64,000 bases of DNA. Origin: Lama guanicoe (lineage: Eukaryota). Under the pieces are notes generated by a model that saw only the letters and a program-made list of their open reading frames with translations, was not told the DNA's origin and did not search any database. The stretch lies in the NCBI GenBank assembly GCA_013239625.1, contig MU054116.1:62001-126000 (forward strand). The letters are read 5' to 3'. Shown one piece after another: positions 36,257 to 49,500 of the stretch (position 1 is its first letter; every line of letters starts with the position of its first letter). Made by a program: the position numbers and the translations under genes.

Positions 36257-39134
36257 CTGTATTATAAAACCGGATAAGTTGGTACATTAAAAATATGATA
36301 TAGCTAATCACTTGTTTAACACTACAATTTTAAATAAAGCATGAGCAAACTGAAAAAAAAAGATGTGGAAACAAATATACCAATTTCCATAAAACATTTG
36401 GGAAGGAAAATAAAATTTATATCTGAAGAGATAAGAGGATCAGATTACTTTAAAACTAACCATGGTAAAATACTACATAATCTCATTATGATTTTAAACA
36501 TACAATTAATCTCCCTATTGAATTTTATGAAAGTATCTCAATACTTGAAAAAAAATCTGATGAAGACATTATAAGATAAGCAATTAAACACATTCACTGA
36601 TGAATGTAGGTAGACTATTTCAAATAGAATCTAAAAAGGAATAGTCAAAAATATACTATGATCAAGATTAATTTAAATAATACAAGAGTGGAGATAGATG
36701 ATAGATAATGATATAGAAAAATGTACATGGATATAGAAATAATATATGTACACATATACCTAAATATGAAATATAGACCAATTTTGTTATAACAACAAAG
36801 GAGGAAATTTATATACAGATTTTGATTAACTGATTAAGTGATCACTAATCAATAATCTTCCCTAATAAATTTTAAATAAAACAAGAATATCATGAATTAC
36901 TAAATAAACAGAATGTACATAATTTTATTGTGCCCTATATTCATCTTAATTAAAATCAAGAAATAAATGGGGGAGGGGAAGCAAATGAGGATACTCACTT
37001 TCATCATTAATATTCAACATTCATTGCCATCTTGGAAATGCCATAAGATAAATAATAAAATAGTTGGGATTATTATCAGAATGAACTTATGAAATACTGA
37101 AGTTAGAAATTATGAAAGCCATATTTTTTCAAGTTTTTACATCTTTGAAAGGTAGATATACCTTCTTAATATTGTGCATAGTTTAGTCACTAACATTTTT
37201 CACAAAAAATACATAAAAGTCCATAAAATAATGACATGCACTTAGAATCAATGAAATATGATATCTCCTTCCTGATAACATTATTATGTACCTAGAAAAC
37301 AATAAAATCCAATAGGAAATTAATAGACTTAACAAGAACACTTAGTAACTTAGATAAAGAAAGAATACATTCAAAACAAAATTAATTGACAATATTTATA
37401 GTAGCAATAAAACCCTACAAATCAAAAAATAATTATGATGTCCAAGGAATAGATTCTATTATAGATTTAATATATTACACCATAAAATATCGATTTGCTG
37501 ACACAATATTTAGATTTAACACAATGCCGATTAGAATCAGCTTTTTACATTTTTCTAATCGCACACATCTCTCTAAATTAGGATGGAAGAATTAAATCTC
37601 ATGAATGTAAAACACATAAATGAAAAATAAATGTTAGTGGATAGAAAATTATTTTATCTAATATCAAAATATACTGTAGGTCAATAATTCCAAATTAATA
37701 TGGTATTGGCATAAGAAAAAATAAAAAGTTCAGTAGAACATTTGAGAATATGAAGGTATAGATTACTAGATTTTATTTTTACATAAAGTTTATTTTGCTT
37801 GCTATATAAAAGTGGGGTATTCATATATATTCATATATATATGAATGTACTAGGAAATCATGCTTTAATTAATAATTACTCTGTCACAAAAAAAGATCTC
37901 AAATAAAATTTCTTTTTATTCACACAGCAAACAGGTTACATTCTAAATGGTTTAAAATTTTAAGTATAAAAATAAACCAGTAAGCCTTATTAGAAAATAC
38001 ACAAGGTTAAAATAATATAAAGGAGTAAGAAATTTTCTTATTTAAAAAATTTAAAGGCAGAACATGACAAAAGAAAAGGCACCTACTTGATTGCTTCTGT
38101 ACTAACCATTCTGACTGGCAAAAAATTCATAAGGCAAATAATAATGTTGAAACCAAATGTGTAACACTAACAACCAACAAGATGATTTCTAAAGAATTCA
38201 AAGAGCTCTAATCAGTGAACAATAAAAGGGGAAAAGATATAAATAAAATAAGCAAAAAATAGAAACAGGCAATTTAGAGAACATTAAATACCATTTAATA
38301 AATAATTAGATTGTCAACAGCTCTTATAATCAGTAATGTCAAATATATATAGAGAGAGGTAGAATTTATACTAATCAAACTGTCAGTTTTGAAAGCATCC
38401 TTTCACTTGATGGTGAAAGGGGTCATAAGCAAAAGCCTACTTTCCTATAGGGCATGTGGAAATTTAAGTTGCTAAAGCTTCTAGTAAAGCAAACAGAAAA
38501 TTTCTAGATTGAAAGTATACTTTGACCTGACAATTCATTTCTGCAACTCTGTCTCATTGAAATTGAAGCACCATTCTTAAAGGACACACAGAATTAAAAG
38601 CAAAATATGAAAAATACACAGACTACAGAATGTTGCATTTCTGGTGTCAAAAAATTAAAACTCAAAGCAAAATGAAAACCCATCAATTAATGGAATGCTA
38701 TGCGTATATTAAGCATATATATGTTACAGTTACATCATTTGATCTGGAGTAATTTCTGTGAATTTTTGTATTGAAAAGAGGAAAAAGGTGGAAAAACATT
38801 TAATATAATCAAGTTTTCATAATGGAACACTTCAATGTGTGTATATATTGTATATCCACATATATGTATGCTGATAGATGTATGTATATAAAATACATGT
38901 ATACTGAAACAAATCTATTAATTAATATTTACATATTTATTCATATCAAGATTTTTAACTAGCATAAAATCAATGTTTCCCGGGAAAACTAAACTTAAAA
39001 TATACGAAAAACTAAATAAATACAGCAAAACAAAACAAGCAAACCAAAACATACCTTCCTGTAGAAATAGCTATTGGAAGGGTTGGAACAGGGAAAGCAA
39101 GAGAGGAGCCTAGACTGTATTGTACTAGAGTACA

Positions 39135-39850
39135 GTGTCAGCAGGACTGGGTTGCTCACGGCCTGCACATTCCAAAGAAAGACCTGTGCTAAGACTCGCC
39201 TTTGATTAGCTGATGGGGGATAAAGTCTGAGCCCTTGGAATACTCTTCCTGATTAGAGTTTCTTTTTTTTTATTTACATCTGAGGCTCTGGCCATCCTAT
39301 ATCAGTTTGGCCTCTGGGGCACTGGAGACTACAAAGCCATGGTCAGTCCTGGGGGCCTGCAGACTTCTGTGACTGACCACCAGTAAAACCCCTGGGCCCC
39401 AAGGCTCAGGTGAGCTTCCCAAGCCAGCAGTATTTTGTACACACGGTCACATGTTGTTGGTAGTGAATTAAGTTCAACCCTATGTGATTTCACTCTGACG
39501 GGACTCCTGATAGCTTGTTCCTGGTTTCTCCTAGACCTCCTCCTCCATCAGATGGAGGTCTCCATTTCCTAGCTTGTTGTCAGACAGTGGAACTGGTGAT
39601 AACCATATGACCTCCTCCAACATCAAAGCCAAAAACAGACATATTTCATCATGTCAGAATTTTACATGACTCAAATCTCTTTCACCAGTAGATGCTTCCA
39701 TCCTTTTTAAGGGTCCATTTAAGTAATGCCCACCAAGGATAATTTCTTTATCTTAAAGTCAACCATTTTGACCCTTACTACGTATGCAAATTTCCATTAC
39801 AGTAATGATTATAATCTTGTGTGATCAAAGGCAGCAGAAGATATGTATAC
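39135..39850. mobile_element. MER77-like LTR plus MLT1 fragment (copy B)
   Basis: Paralog of 24655-25385. Confidence 0.65.
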
Positions 39851-40635
39851 ATCAAATCCTGGAATTCAGTTATTTCCAAATTAGTTTATAGATTCAACTC
39901 ACTCTTAATCAAAATCCAAGTAGAATATTTTGGTAAAAAAATTGTTCACCTTATTATAAAATTCATCTGGAAATTCAAAAGGCCTAGAATAACCAATTCT
40001 ACTCGGAAAAAGAACAAAGTTACAATATTTACCTTATTTCATTTTAACACTTCTTATAAAGCTAAGAAATCAAGACATCATGTTATCGATGTAAAGATAC
40101 AGAAATGGGTCAGTGAAAAAGAACTGACATTCTAGAAGTAAAGCCTTACATTTATGGTCAACTGATTTTTGGAAGAAATGCAAAACAATTCATTGGAGCA
40201 ATGTTAGTCTTTCAATAAATCGCACTGGATAAATTGGATAGCCATATATTTTAAATGAACATTTACACATATCCTGTACTACTTACAAATAAATTTACAA
40301 AAACTAACTCAAAATGAATCACAAACCCATAACATAAAACAAACTATAATACTTCTAGGAGAAACATATGAAAAATATTGTTCAATTAGGCAAAGATTTT
40401 TAAGATAAAACAGTAAAAATATGATGCATTTTTTAAAATGATGAACTGCGACCACAAAAATTAAAAACTTCTGATTTTAAACAGACACTATTAAAAATAA
40501 GACTACCCTAAACAGGGAAGAAATAATTTTGAATCACATATCTGACAAAGAAAGAACTTATATCCAGACTATATAAAGAATTCTCAAAACTCAATAATAA
40601 GAAAATGCAAAACCCAATTTAAAAATAGGCAAATA

Positions 40636-42794
40636 TCCTAGCCACAGCAATCAGGCAAGAGAGAGAAATAAAAGGGATCCAAATTGGAAAAGAAGAGGTA
40701 AAAGTGTCACTATATGTAGAGGACATGATACTATACATAGAAAACCCTAAAAGTTCCACACAAAAACTACTAGAGCTGATCGAAGAATTCAGTAAGGTAG
40801 CAGATTACAAGATTAACCATCAAAAATCAGTTCCATTTCTTTACACTAACAATGAATCACCAGAAAAAGAAAGTAAAGAAACAATCCCCTTTAAAACAGC
40901 ACCCAAAGTAATAAAATACCGAGGAATAAATCTAACCAAGGAGGTGGAAGACTTACATGGAAAACTATCAACCATTGATGAAGGAAATTAAAGAAGACTT
41001 TAAAAAATGGAAAGGTATCTCATGTTCTTGGATTGGAAGAATCAATATTGTTAAAATGGTCACACTGCCCAAGGCAATCTACAGATTTAATGCAATCCCT
41101 ATCAAACTACTCAGGACATATTTCACAGAACTAGAACAAATCATAATAAAATGTATATGGAACCATCAAAGACCTAGAATTGCCAAAGCATTACTGAAGA
41201 GAAAGAAAGAGGCTGGAGGAATAACTCTCTCAGACTTCAGACAATACTGCAGAGCTACAGTCATCAAGTCAGCATGGTATTGGTACAAAAACAGACATAT
41301 GGATCAATGGAACAGAATAGAGTCCAGAAATGAACCCACAAACTTTTGCTCAACTAATCTTCAACAAAGGAGGCAAGAATATACAATGGAATAAAGACAG
41401 TCTCTTCAACAAATGGTGCTGGGAAAACTGGACAGCAGCATGTAAATCAATGAAGCTAGAACACTCTCTTACATCATACACAAAAATAAACTCAAAATGG
41501 ATCAAAGACTTAAACATAAGACAAGATACAATAAACCTCCTAGAAGAAACTATAGGCAAAATATTATCTGACATACATTTCAAAAATGTTCTCCTAGGGC
41601 AGTCTACCCAAGAGATACAAATAGAAGCAAGAATAAACAAATGGGACCTAATTAAACTTACAAGTTTCTGCACAGCAAAAGAAACGATAAGTAAAACAAA
41701 ATGACAAACTACAGAATGAGAGAAAATTTTTGCAAACAATGAAACCAAAAAAGGCTTGATCTCCAGAATATATAAGTAGTTCATATGATGTAATAAGAAA
41801 AAAAACAACCCAATCCAAAAATGGGCAGGAGACCTAAACAAGCAGTTCTCCAAGGAAGACATAGAAATGATCAACAGGCACATGAAAAAATGCCCAATAT
41901 CACTAATTATCAGAGAAATGCAAATCAAAACTACAATGAGGTATCACCTCACACCAGTCAGAATGACCATCATTGAAAAGCCCACAAATGACAAATGCTG
42001 GAGAGGCTGTGGAGAAAAAGGAACCCTCCTACACTGCTAGTAGGAATGTAGTTTGGTGCAGCCACTGTGGAAAACAGTATGGAGATTCCTCAAAAGACTA
42101 AGAATAGACTTACCATATGACCCAGGAATCCCGCTCCTGGGCTTATATCCAGAAGGAACCCTACTTCAAAATGACACCTGTACCCCAATGTTCATAGCAG
42201 CACTATGCCAATACATGGAAACAGCCTAAGTGTCCATCAACAGATGACTGGATAAAGAAGATGTGGTTTATTTACACAAAAGAATACTATTCAGCCATAA
42301 AAATTACAACATAACACCATTTGCAGCAACATGGATGTCCCTGGAGAATGTCATTCTAAGTGAAGTAAGCCAGAAAGAGAAAGAAAAACACCATATAAGA
42401 TCGCTCATATGTGGAATCTAAAAAAATAAAATAAAATAAAACAACAACAGTAAAAAAAAAACCCAGAAACAGACTCATAGACACAGAATACAAACTTGTG
42501 GTTGCCAAGGGGTCAGGGGGTTGGGAGGGACAGATTGGGAGTTCGAAATTTGTAGATACTGACAGGCATCAGACTGGGAGTTCGAAATTTGTAGATACTG
42601 ACAGGCATATGCAGAATAGATAAACAAGATTATACTGTATAGCACAGGGAAATATATACAAGATCTTGTGGTAGCTCACAGCAAAAAAAAATGTGACAAT
42701 GAATATATGTATGTTCATGTATAACTGAAAAATTGTGCTCTACACTGGAATTTGACACATTGTAAAATGACTATAACTCAATAAAAAATCTTTC
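40636..42794 (+). mobile_element. 5'-truncated young LINE-1 (RT C-terminal part, C-domain, 3' UTR), copy B only
   Basis: ORF2 fragments [15 protein letters not shown] and [12 protein letters not shown]...[17 protein letters not shown], with frameshifts. Perfect 15-bp TSD AAAAATAGGCAAATA at 40621-40635 and 42795-42809; empty site at 26368-26382. Confidence 0.95.
42531..42608 (+). repeat. 39-bp tandem duplication in L1 3' UTR
   Basis: CAGA(T/C)TGGGAGTTCGAAATTTGTAGATACTGACAGGCAT twice, one mismatch. Confidence 0.9.
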
Positions 42795-43454
42795 AAAAAT
42801 AGGCAAATAATTTAAGCAAGCACTTCAGTAAGAAATATATAGATAGCAACTAAACATACAAATGATGTTCAAACACAACTATCTTAACATATGAAAATTA
42901 AAATCATAATGGGGCAGCACTACACAATTACTAGCCAACATTATGAATAGTCAATAATTAGAAAAAAATTATATTATGTGATAAATTAAGATATGTTTAA
43001 ATACAGAAAAGTATGTTTTTTCTTGTGATATATACATAACAAAATTTACCATTTTGACAATTTTTAAGTGTAAAATTCCATGGCATTAAGTACACTCATA
43101 TTGTGCAACCATAAAAGCATGTTTTATATCCAATTACAAGATGAGGTTACAGATTTTTATGTATTCATAAATAACACTTATAATATAGTCCACGTATTGA
43201 GAGAAAAAAATATCTACGGTAAGTTCTGTAATATAAGCAGTAGCCTTCTGTAATATTACAAACTTTTTTCTCATCTGATTAAAATTGTCCAATGATAATA
43301 AAACATTCATATAACAAAGGATTTTATTCATGTATTAAAGAATTACAATATTCAAAATGCCTTGCTGGATGCGAAGTATTTTTCAATGAACTATGCAATT
43401 GAAATGACACAGTTGTCCTCCTAACCAGTGTCAAATACTGCCATAACGTCTTCC

Positions 43455-43530
43455 TGTCTCCAAGGACACATTCTCCACTGAAGCTTGTGATTCTGAGTAC
43501 TGAAATTTTTGCCAAACTTAATTACTCAGA
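43455..43530 (+). promoter_or_regulatory. Putative OR promoter cassette for the OR at 45537
   Basis: TGTCTCCAAGGACAC plus TAATTA at about 43519. Candidate donor AA|GTAAGC at about 43949. Confidence 0.5.
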
Positions 43531-45536
43531 AAATTAAGTAAGGGCTCTTGATTGCAGGTCAGCAAGGACCGTTTGTTTTTCTCACTTAGTGGCATTTTTG
43601 GCAAATAAAAGTCATATTGGACATTGTAAAAGCATTACTATCCGTCCTAATGATTTAAAAATCATCTCCTCCTCCAGTTGAGAGTTCCTCAGCCTTTAAG
43701 ATAATTTATTTTTGTTTCAATGTTGGAGAGAGCAAGAAAATATTTGGAGGTTTATAACAGCTCTAAGCCCAGCATACCCAAGTCTTTCCACTTTTTTGGA
43801 GATGGTGAACGAAGGGAGATCTCTTTCCCTCCCAGACATGCCTTGAATGTGAAGACACAAGTATCTTTATTAATACGTTACTTTAACGGTGTAGTCTGAA
43901 ATGTTGTATTTAAACAACCACCAGAAGATATAATTTACTAACAGAAAAGTAAGCATGATAAAGTTTGTCTCTTTGATTGTAATTCCCTTTGTAGGATATA
44001 CGTTATATTTTCCTCTGGAAACAAAAATGAATTTGGTAATAATTTACATTTTTAATGCATTTAACATTTATCTTTGAGATATTAATTTTTAGAATGAATT
44101 TCCCTTGTGTACATAAATGTCACTGCCTGGAAGATTTCTACCTTTAAGATATGTAAAAAAAAATCTGTATCTAACTAAATATAAGAAATACTCAGGGTAA
44201 CTTAGGACACATATTCAACCTCAAATTAAAAAGTGTCTTCCTGTATATAGAAGTATACAAGTATGCCCTTTCATTCCTCTTCCCATCCTCCCCCAAAATA
44301 AGACTGGAAAAACACATCTCATTACAGATCCCTGTGTTTATACTAAACATTTGTTTGAAAGATAGAGTACTCAGAAAACAGATACAAACACTTTACTGTC
44401 AATCTGTTTACTAATTTTTATTATAAATTAAGTTGTAATGTCTTGTAGAAAAACAGATCTATTTCAAGAATAATGATCAAAGTTTGAAGAGCAGAGTAAG
44501 ATTTCACAAGGACTGACATATCATCTGAGAGATTAGGAGAAATGATGACAAGAAGGTAGGTGGCCTACAAATACATTTACATGTATGTATATTCCTTCCA
44601 CATCTCAATTTCATATAAACAGTTGAATGGCAGACTAAATTTACTAAGAGAATTTTAACTTTTGAGTAACCATAATCTCAGTTAGTGCCTTTTCTCTGTA
44701 TTGGAAACACTGGAGCTGGGTACATAATCACAACCAACCCTGCCAACCTCAGTAAAGAGAATGCAGTAAGTTGAAAAGTAAAGTAAATATACTCATAAAA
44801 CATATGGACCAGGTACACAAGGGGAAAATCTTTTTTACTGATTGATGTCAGAAAACTCCATGATGTGAAACACTAATTATAAATTAGAAATATTTGAGTC
44901 CCTACAAGTGTAGCATCAATGAAGAGAATTCCTTTACTTGGAAGACTTGGGAGGGAAGAGAGGGCAGTTATCATATGCATCAGCAGGACACACAACACAC
45001 ATATGCAGTAAAGGTAATGCAGAAACAAACACGTGGACTGTGTAGCAGGGGTTAGTGGGTGAGCAGGGCTTACTTATTTGTAAGAATTGAACACACTTAC
45101 CCTAAATCAAACTAAAAAACAAAATTTTCTTTTGGAACAGAGACCTCAAGTTTAGCTCTAGAGCCTACAGTGTGAATACAAGTCATATTAGCACTGCTTT
45201 AAAAAAGACTCAAAGTGTCAAGAAAAGATATGGAATCAAGGATGCAATTTTCTGATTTCATTTCCGAACAGGGAAAAAATCTTGAAAGCCAAAAGACATT
45301 CTAGCTCCCCATTTAATTACACCTCCTCAGCATCTACTTAGTCATCACAATGGAAAATCCTAAGTCCATAAGAGACACAAAATCTGAGTATATATACTTA
45401 GGTACATATAAGATTATATATAATGAAATATGAAAACTTAATACATTAAATTTTAAATCAGTTAAAATACTCTCTAATCTGTAACCAAATTTCTCTGAAT
45501 ATCACACACAGATTAGAGACAAGTCAGAAGTCAGTG

Positions 45537-46465
45537 ATGAGAAACGGTACAGTAACAACATTCATTCTGCTGGGACTCACAGATGATCCTGAGCTACAGG
45601 TCCTGATTTTTATCTTTCTATTTATCAACTACACACTGAGTATAACTGGAAACCTGACCATCGTCACACTCACATTTGTGGATTCCCATCTTAAAACACC
45701 CATGTACTTTTTCTTAAAAAATTTCTCCTTCTTGGAGATCTTACTCACATCTTCTTGTATCCCCAGATACCTGTATAGCATAGCAACAGGTGACAGGGTC
45801 ATTACCTATAATTCTTGTTTCATCCAAGGGTTTATCACCGACCTGTGTGGAATAACAGAATTCTATCTGCTGGCTGCCATGTCCTGTGACCGCTACGTGG
45901 CCATCTGCAAACCCCTGCATTATGTGACCATCATGAGCAGCCGAGTCTGCAGGATTCTCATCATCTCTTCTTGGATGGCTGGTTTGTGCACATTAATTTC
46001 ACCATTTAGCCAAATATAAAATTTTGTGATTCTAACAGGATTGATCATTTTAGCTGTGATGCGTTTCCCTTAGTAGAAATCTCATGCTCAGACACATGGT
46101 TGATGGAACAGACCGTTATAATCTGTGCTGTGCTGACCCTGAATATGACTCTTACTTGTGTGGTTCTGTCATATGCTTACATCATTAAGACAATTTTTAG
46201 GTTCCCTTCTGTTCAGCAAAGGAAAAGGGCCTTTTCAACGTGTTCTTCCCACATGACTGTGGTTTCCATCACCTACGGCGTGTGCATTTTCGTCTATATG
46301 AATCCTACAGCAAAGGAAGAAGTGACTATCAAAAAAGTGGTTTCACTGCTCATGTATTCTGTTTCACCTACATTGAATCCATTTATTTATACCTTGAGAA
46401 ACAATCAAGTTAAGAAAGCCTTTAAGGACTTCATCAAAAGGACTGCCTTGCTCTCATCCAAGTAA
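45537..46465 (+). pseudogene. OR6C-like olfactory receptor pseudogene (7-bp deletion)
   Basis: Paralog of 28722. At about 46011 it lacks TGGGTTT relative to CTG GGT TTA AAT, giving a stop at 46019. Also MSCDRY in place of MSYDRY. Confidence 0.9.
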
Positions 46466-46506
46466 AAGAAAATAATGTTTTTAAAACATTGTCTCAAAAA
46501 CAAGGA

Positions 46507-49500
46507 AAGAGGGAGAATAAAATAAATAAGAGAAAAAAGACAGAAAAGGAAGATGTGAAACTCTTTCTATTGGTAAGTGACATGATCATGTACATAGCAA
46601 ATCCAGAAAATGCACAAAACTATTCAAAATACTACATTCAACATGTTTGGAGGGTACAAGATCAATAAAATTAATTGCATTTCCATACACTAGTAATGCA
46701 CAGTTTGAAAATGAAATTAAGAAAACAATTCCATATCTATCAACATTTAAAAGAATAAAATACTCAGGAATAAATTTTACAAAATAAGCATAAGATTATT
46801 AAAAAAAACCATTCTAAAACTAGTTACAAAGCTTTTGAAAGATATTGAAGAAAGCCTCAGAGTGGAAAGATGCCTCATAGTCATGGCCTGGAAGACTTAA
46901 TATTGCTAAGGTGATAATAATCCCCAAATGAATCTACAGATTCACTGCAGTCTCTATCAAAACTGCAGCTACCACTTTGCAGTAAGTGGCACACTGATGT
47001 TACATTTCATGTGGAAAGAAAAGGACCAAAAATATGCCAAACTATTTCAGAAAATAAAAAAACTAGAAGATTCCCACTTCTTTTTTACTTATTTACTTAT
47101 TTATTTTTATTGAAGTATAGTCAGTTACAATGTGTCAGTTTCTGGTATACAGCATATTGTCCCAGTCATGCATATATATAAATGTATTTGTTTTCATATT
47201 CTTTTTCATTAAAGGTTATTACAAAATACTGAATATAGTTCTCTATGTTATACAGAAGAAATTTGTTTTTTTTATCTATTTTATATATAGTGGTTAACAT
47301 TTGCAAATTTCAAACTCCCAAATTTATCCCTTCCCACCCTCTTTCCCCTAGTTACCATAAGATTGTTTACTATGTCTGCGAGTCTGTTTTTGTTTTGTAG
47401 ATGAGTTCATTAGTGTTCTCTTTTTTTTCTTTTTTTTTTTTTTTTAGATTCCACACATGAGTGATATCATATGGTATCTTTCTTTCTCTTTCTGGCTTGC
47501 TTCACGACGATCTCCAGGTCCATCCATGTTGCTGTAAATGGCATTATTTTAATTTTTTTTAATCCCTGTATTACTCCATTGTATAAATATACCACAACTT
47601 CTTTATCCAGTTATCAGTCAATGGACATTTATGTTGCTTCCATGTCTTGGCTATTGTAAATAGTGCTGCTATGAACATTGGGGTGCATGGATCTTTTTCC
47701 AGTAGAGTTCCCTCCAATACCCAGGGGTGGAATTGCTGGATCATACAGTAAGTCTACTTCTAGTTTTTTGAGGAATCTCCATACCGTTTTCTATAATGGC
47801 TGCACCAAACTACATTTCCACCAGCAATGTAGGAGGGTTCCCTTTTCTCCACACCCTCTCCAGCATTTATCATTTTTGGACGGCCATTGATGGCCATTCT
47901 GACTGGTGTGAGGTGATACCTCATCGTTTTGATTTGCATTTCTCTGATATTTTGTGATACTTAGTATGTTTTCATGTGCCTACTGGGCAGTAGTATGTAT
48001 TCACTGGATTACTCCCACTTCTTGACTTCAAAATCTTATTACAAATCTACAGTAATCAAAACATTATTCTTTTAAAGGATAGGTATTTTAGACCAACAGG
48101 TGACAGTTGAGGATAGTAAGCCCTTACATTTATGGTCAACAGATTTTCAAAAAGAGTGCCAAGATAATCCAGTAAGGAGAAATAGCTTTTCAATAAATGG
48201 TGCTGAGGCAACTCTATAACCATGTACAAAATTACAAAAATGGACACTTACCTCACAACATATATAAAAGTTAACTCAAATTGGATCAAAGGCTTAAATT
48301 TAAGTGCTAAAAATATAAAACTCTTAGAAAAATACATTAAATCTTCGTGATCTTGGATTAAAGAATGGTTTCTTAGAAATGAAACCAAAATCACAAATAA
48401 CAAAAAAATTTATACATCATATGTCATCAAAATTAAAGCTTTTTTGCTTTAAAGATGACCGTTAAAAAGTGAAAAGACAACCCATACAATAGGAGACATG
48501 TTTCAAAATCATATACCCAATAAGGGAGTTGTATAGAGAATATATTTTTTAAAAAATCTAACAACTCAATAACAAAAAGACAACCCAGTTTTAAAAGAAG
48601 CAAAGAAGATGTATAAACGGCCAAAGTGCCCATGAAAAGATATTCAACATCATTAATCATTAGTGAAATGCAAATCAAAACCACAATGAGATGACACTTC
48701 ATATTCACTAGGATGGCTAAAACAACCCAGGCAGACAAAACAAGTGTTGGAAAAGACGTGGAGATATTGAAACAATCTTTTTTGCTGAATATTAATAATA
48801 TAGCAGCAACTTTGGAATACAGTTTTATAGTTCCTCCAAAGTTAAACATAGATCAACCAAATGACCTAGCAATTCTACTCTTTGGTATATACCAAAGAGA
48901 GCTGAAAATGTATGTACACACACAGACTTGAACCTGGATGTTAGTAGTAGCATTATTTACAATAGTATCCAAAAAATGAAAACAACCAAATGTCCATCAA
49001 TAGATGGATGGACATACAAACTGTGATATATCAGTACAATGGAAGGGTATTTGGCAAAGAAAAAAAAAAGAAATGAAGAACTCATATATGCTACTACATG
49101 AATGAACCTTCAATACACACTAAGCAAAAGAAGCCAATTAAAAAAGAACACACAGAATTTTCCATCATATGAAGCTACAGAATTGACAGTTTCACAAAGA
49201 CAGAATATAGATTATTGCTTGCTGGTAACTGGAAGTAGTGGGGCATTGAAGTGACCATGGATTAAAGAATGGTTTCGTAGAAATGAAACCAAAATCACAA
49301 AACAAGTGGTTTTGTTTTGGGGGTGGTAAAAATGTCCTAAAATTAGATACTGTTAATAATTGCAAAATGCTATTAATATACTAAAACTCACCAAATTTTA
49401 TAACACCCTTTATAACAAAGGCTTAATTTTAAAAATGAATTACTAAAAACAATTTTAATGAGTTACTGATATAGGCAATAACAAAGATGAATTTCAAAAT

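Larger units (their letters stand above)
33033..36359 (+). mobile_element. TSD-flanked L1-derived element: 5' UTR + ORF1 + composite captured tail, no sense ORF2 (half-L1/HAL1-like or 3' transduction)
   Basis: TSD AAGATGTGGAAA(TG/CA)AATA at 33015-33032 and 36360-36377; empty site at about 62459-62477. Starts with AAGATGGTGG (YY1-like L1 start); ends with AATAAA at 36333 and an A-run. Confidence 0.75.
36478..46506 (+). repeat. Ancient tandem duplication unit, copy B (homology to copy C extends left to about 32730 across the inserted element)
   Basis: Colinear with 21980-29692. Segments 32730-33030 and 36360-37875 match 62178-64000. Confidence 0.9.

Noticed and set aside
41350..41928. 192-aa hydrophobic minus-strand ORF, and similar ones at 5304-5627, 48433-48849 and 51193-51513
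   Set aside because: Antisense frames of LINE-1 ORF2/3' UTR, a well-known source of spurious hydrophobic ORFs.
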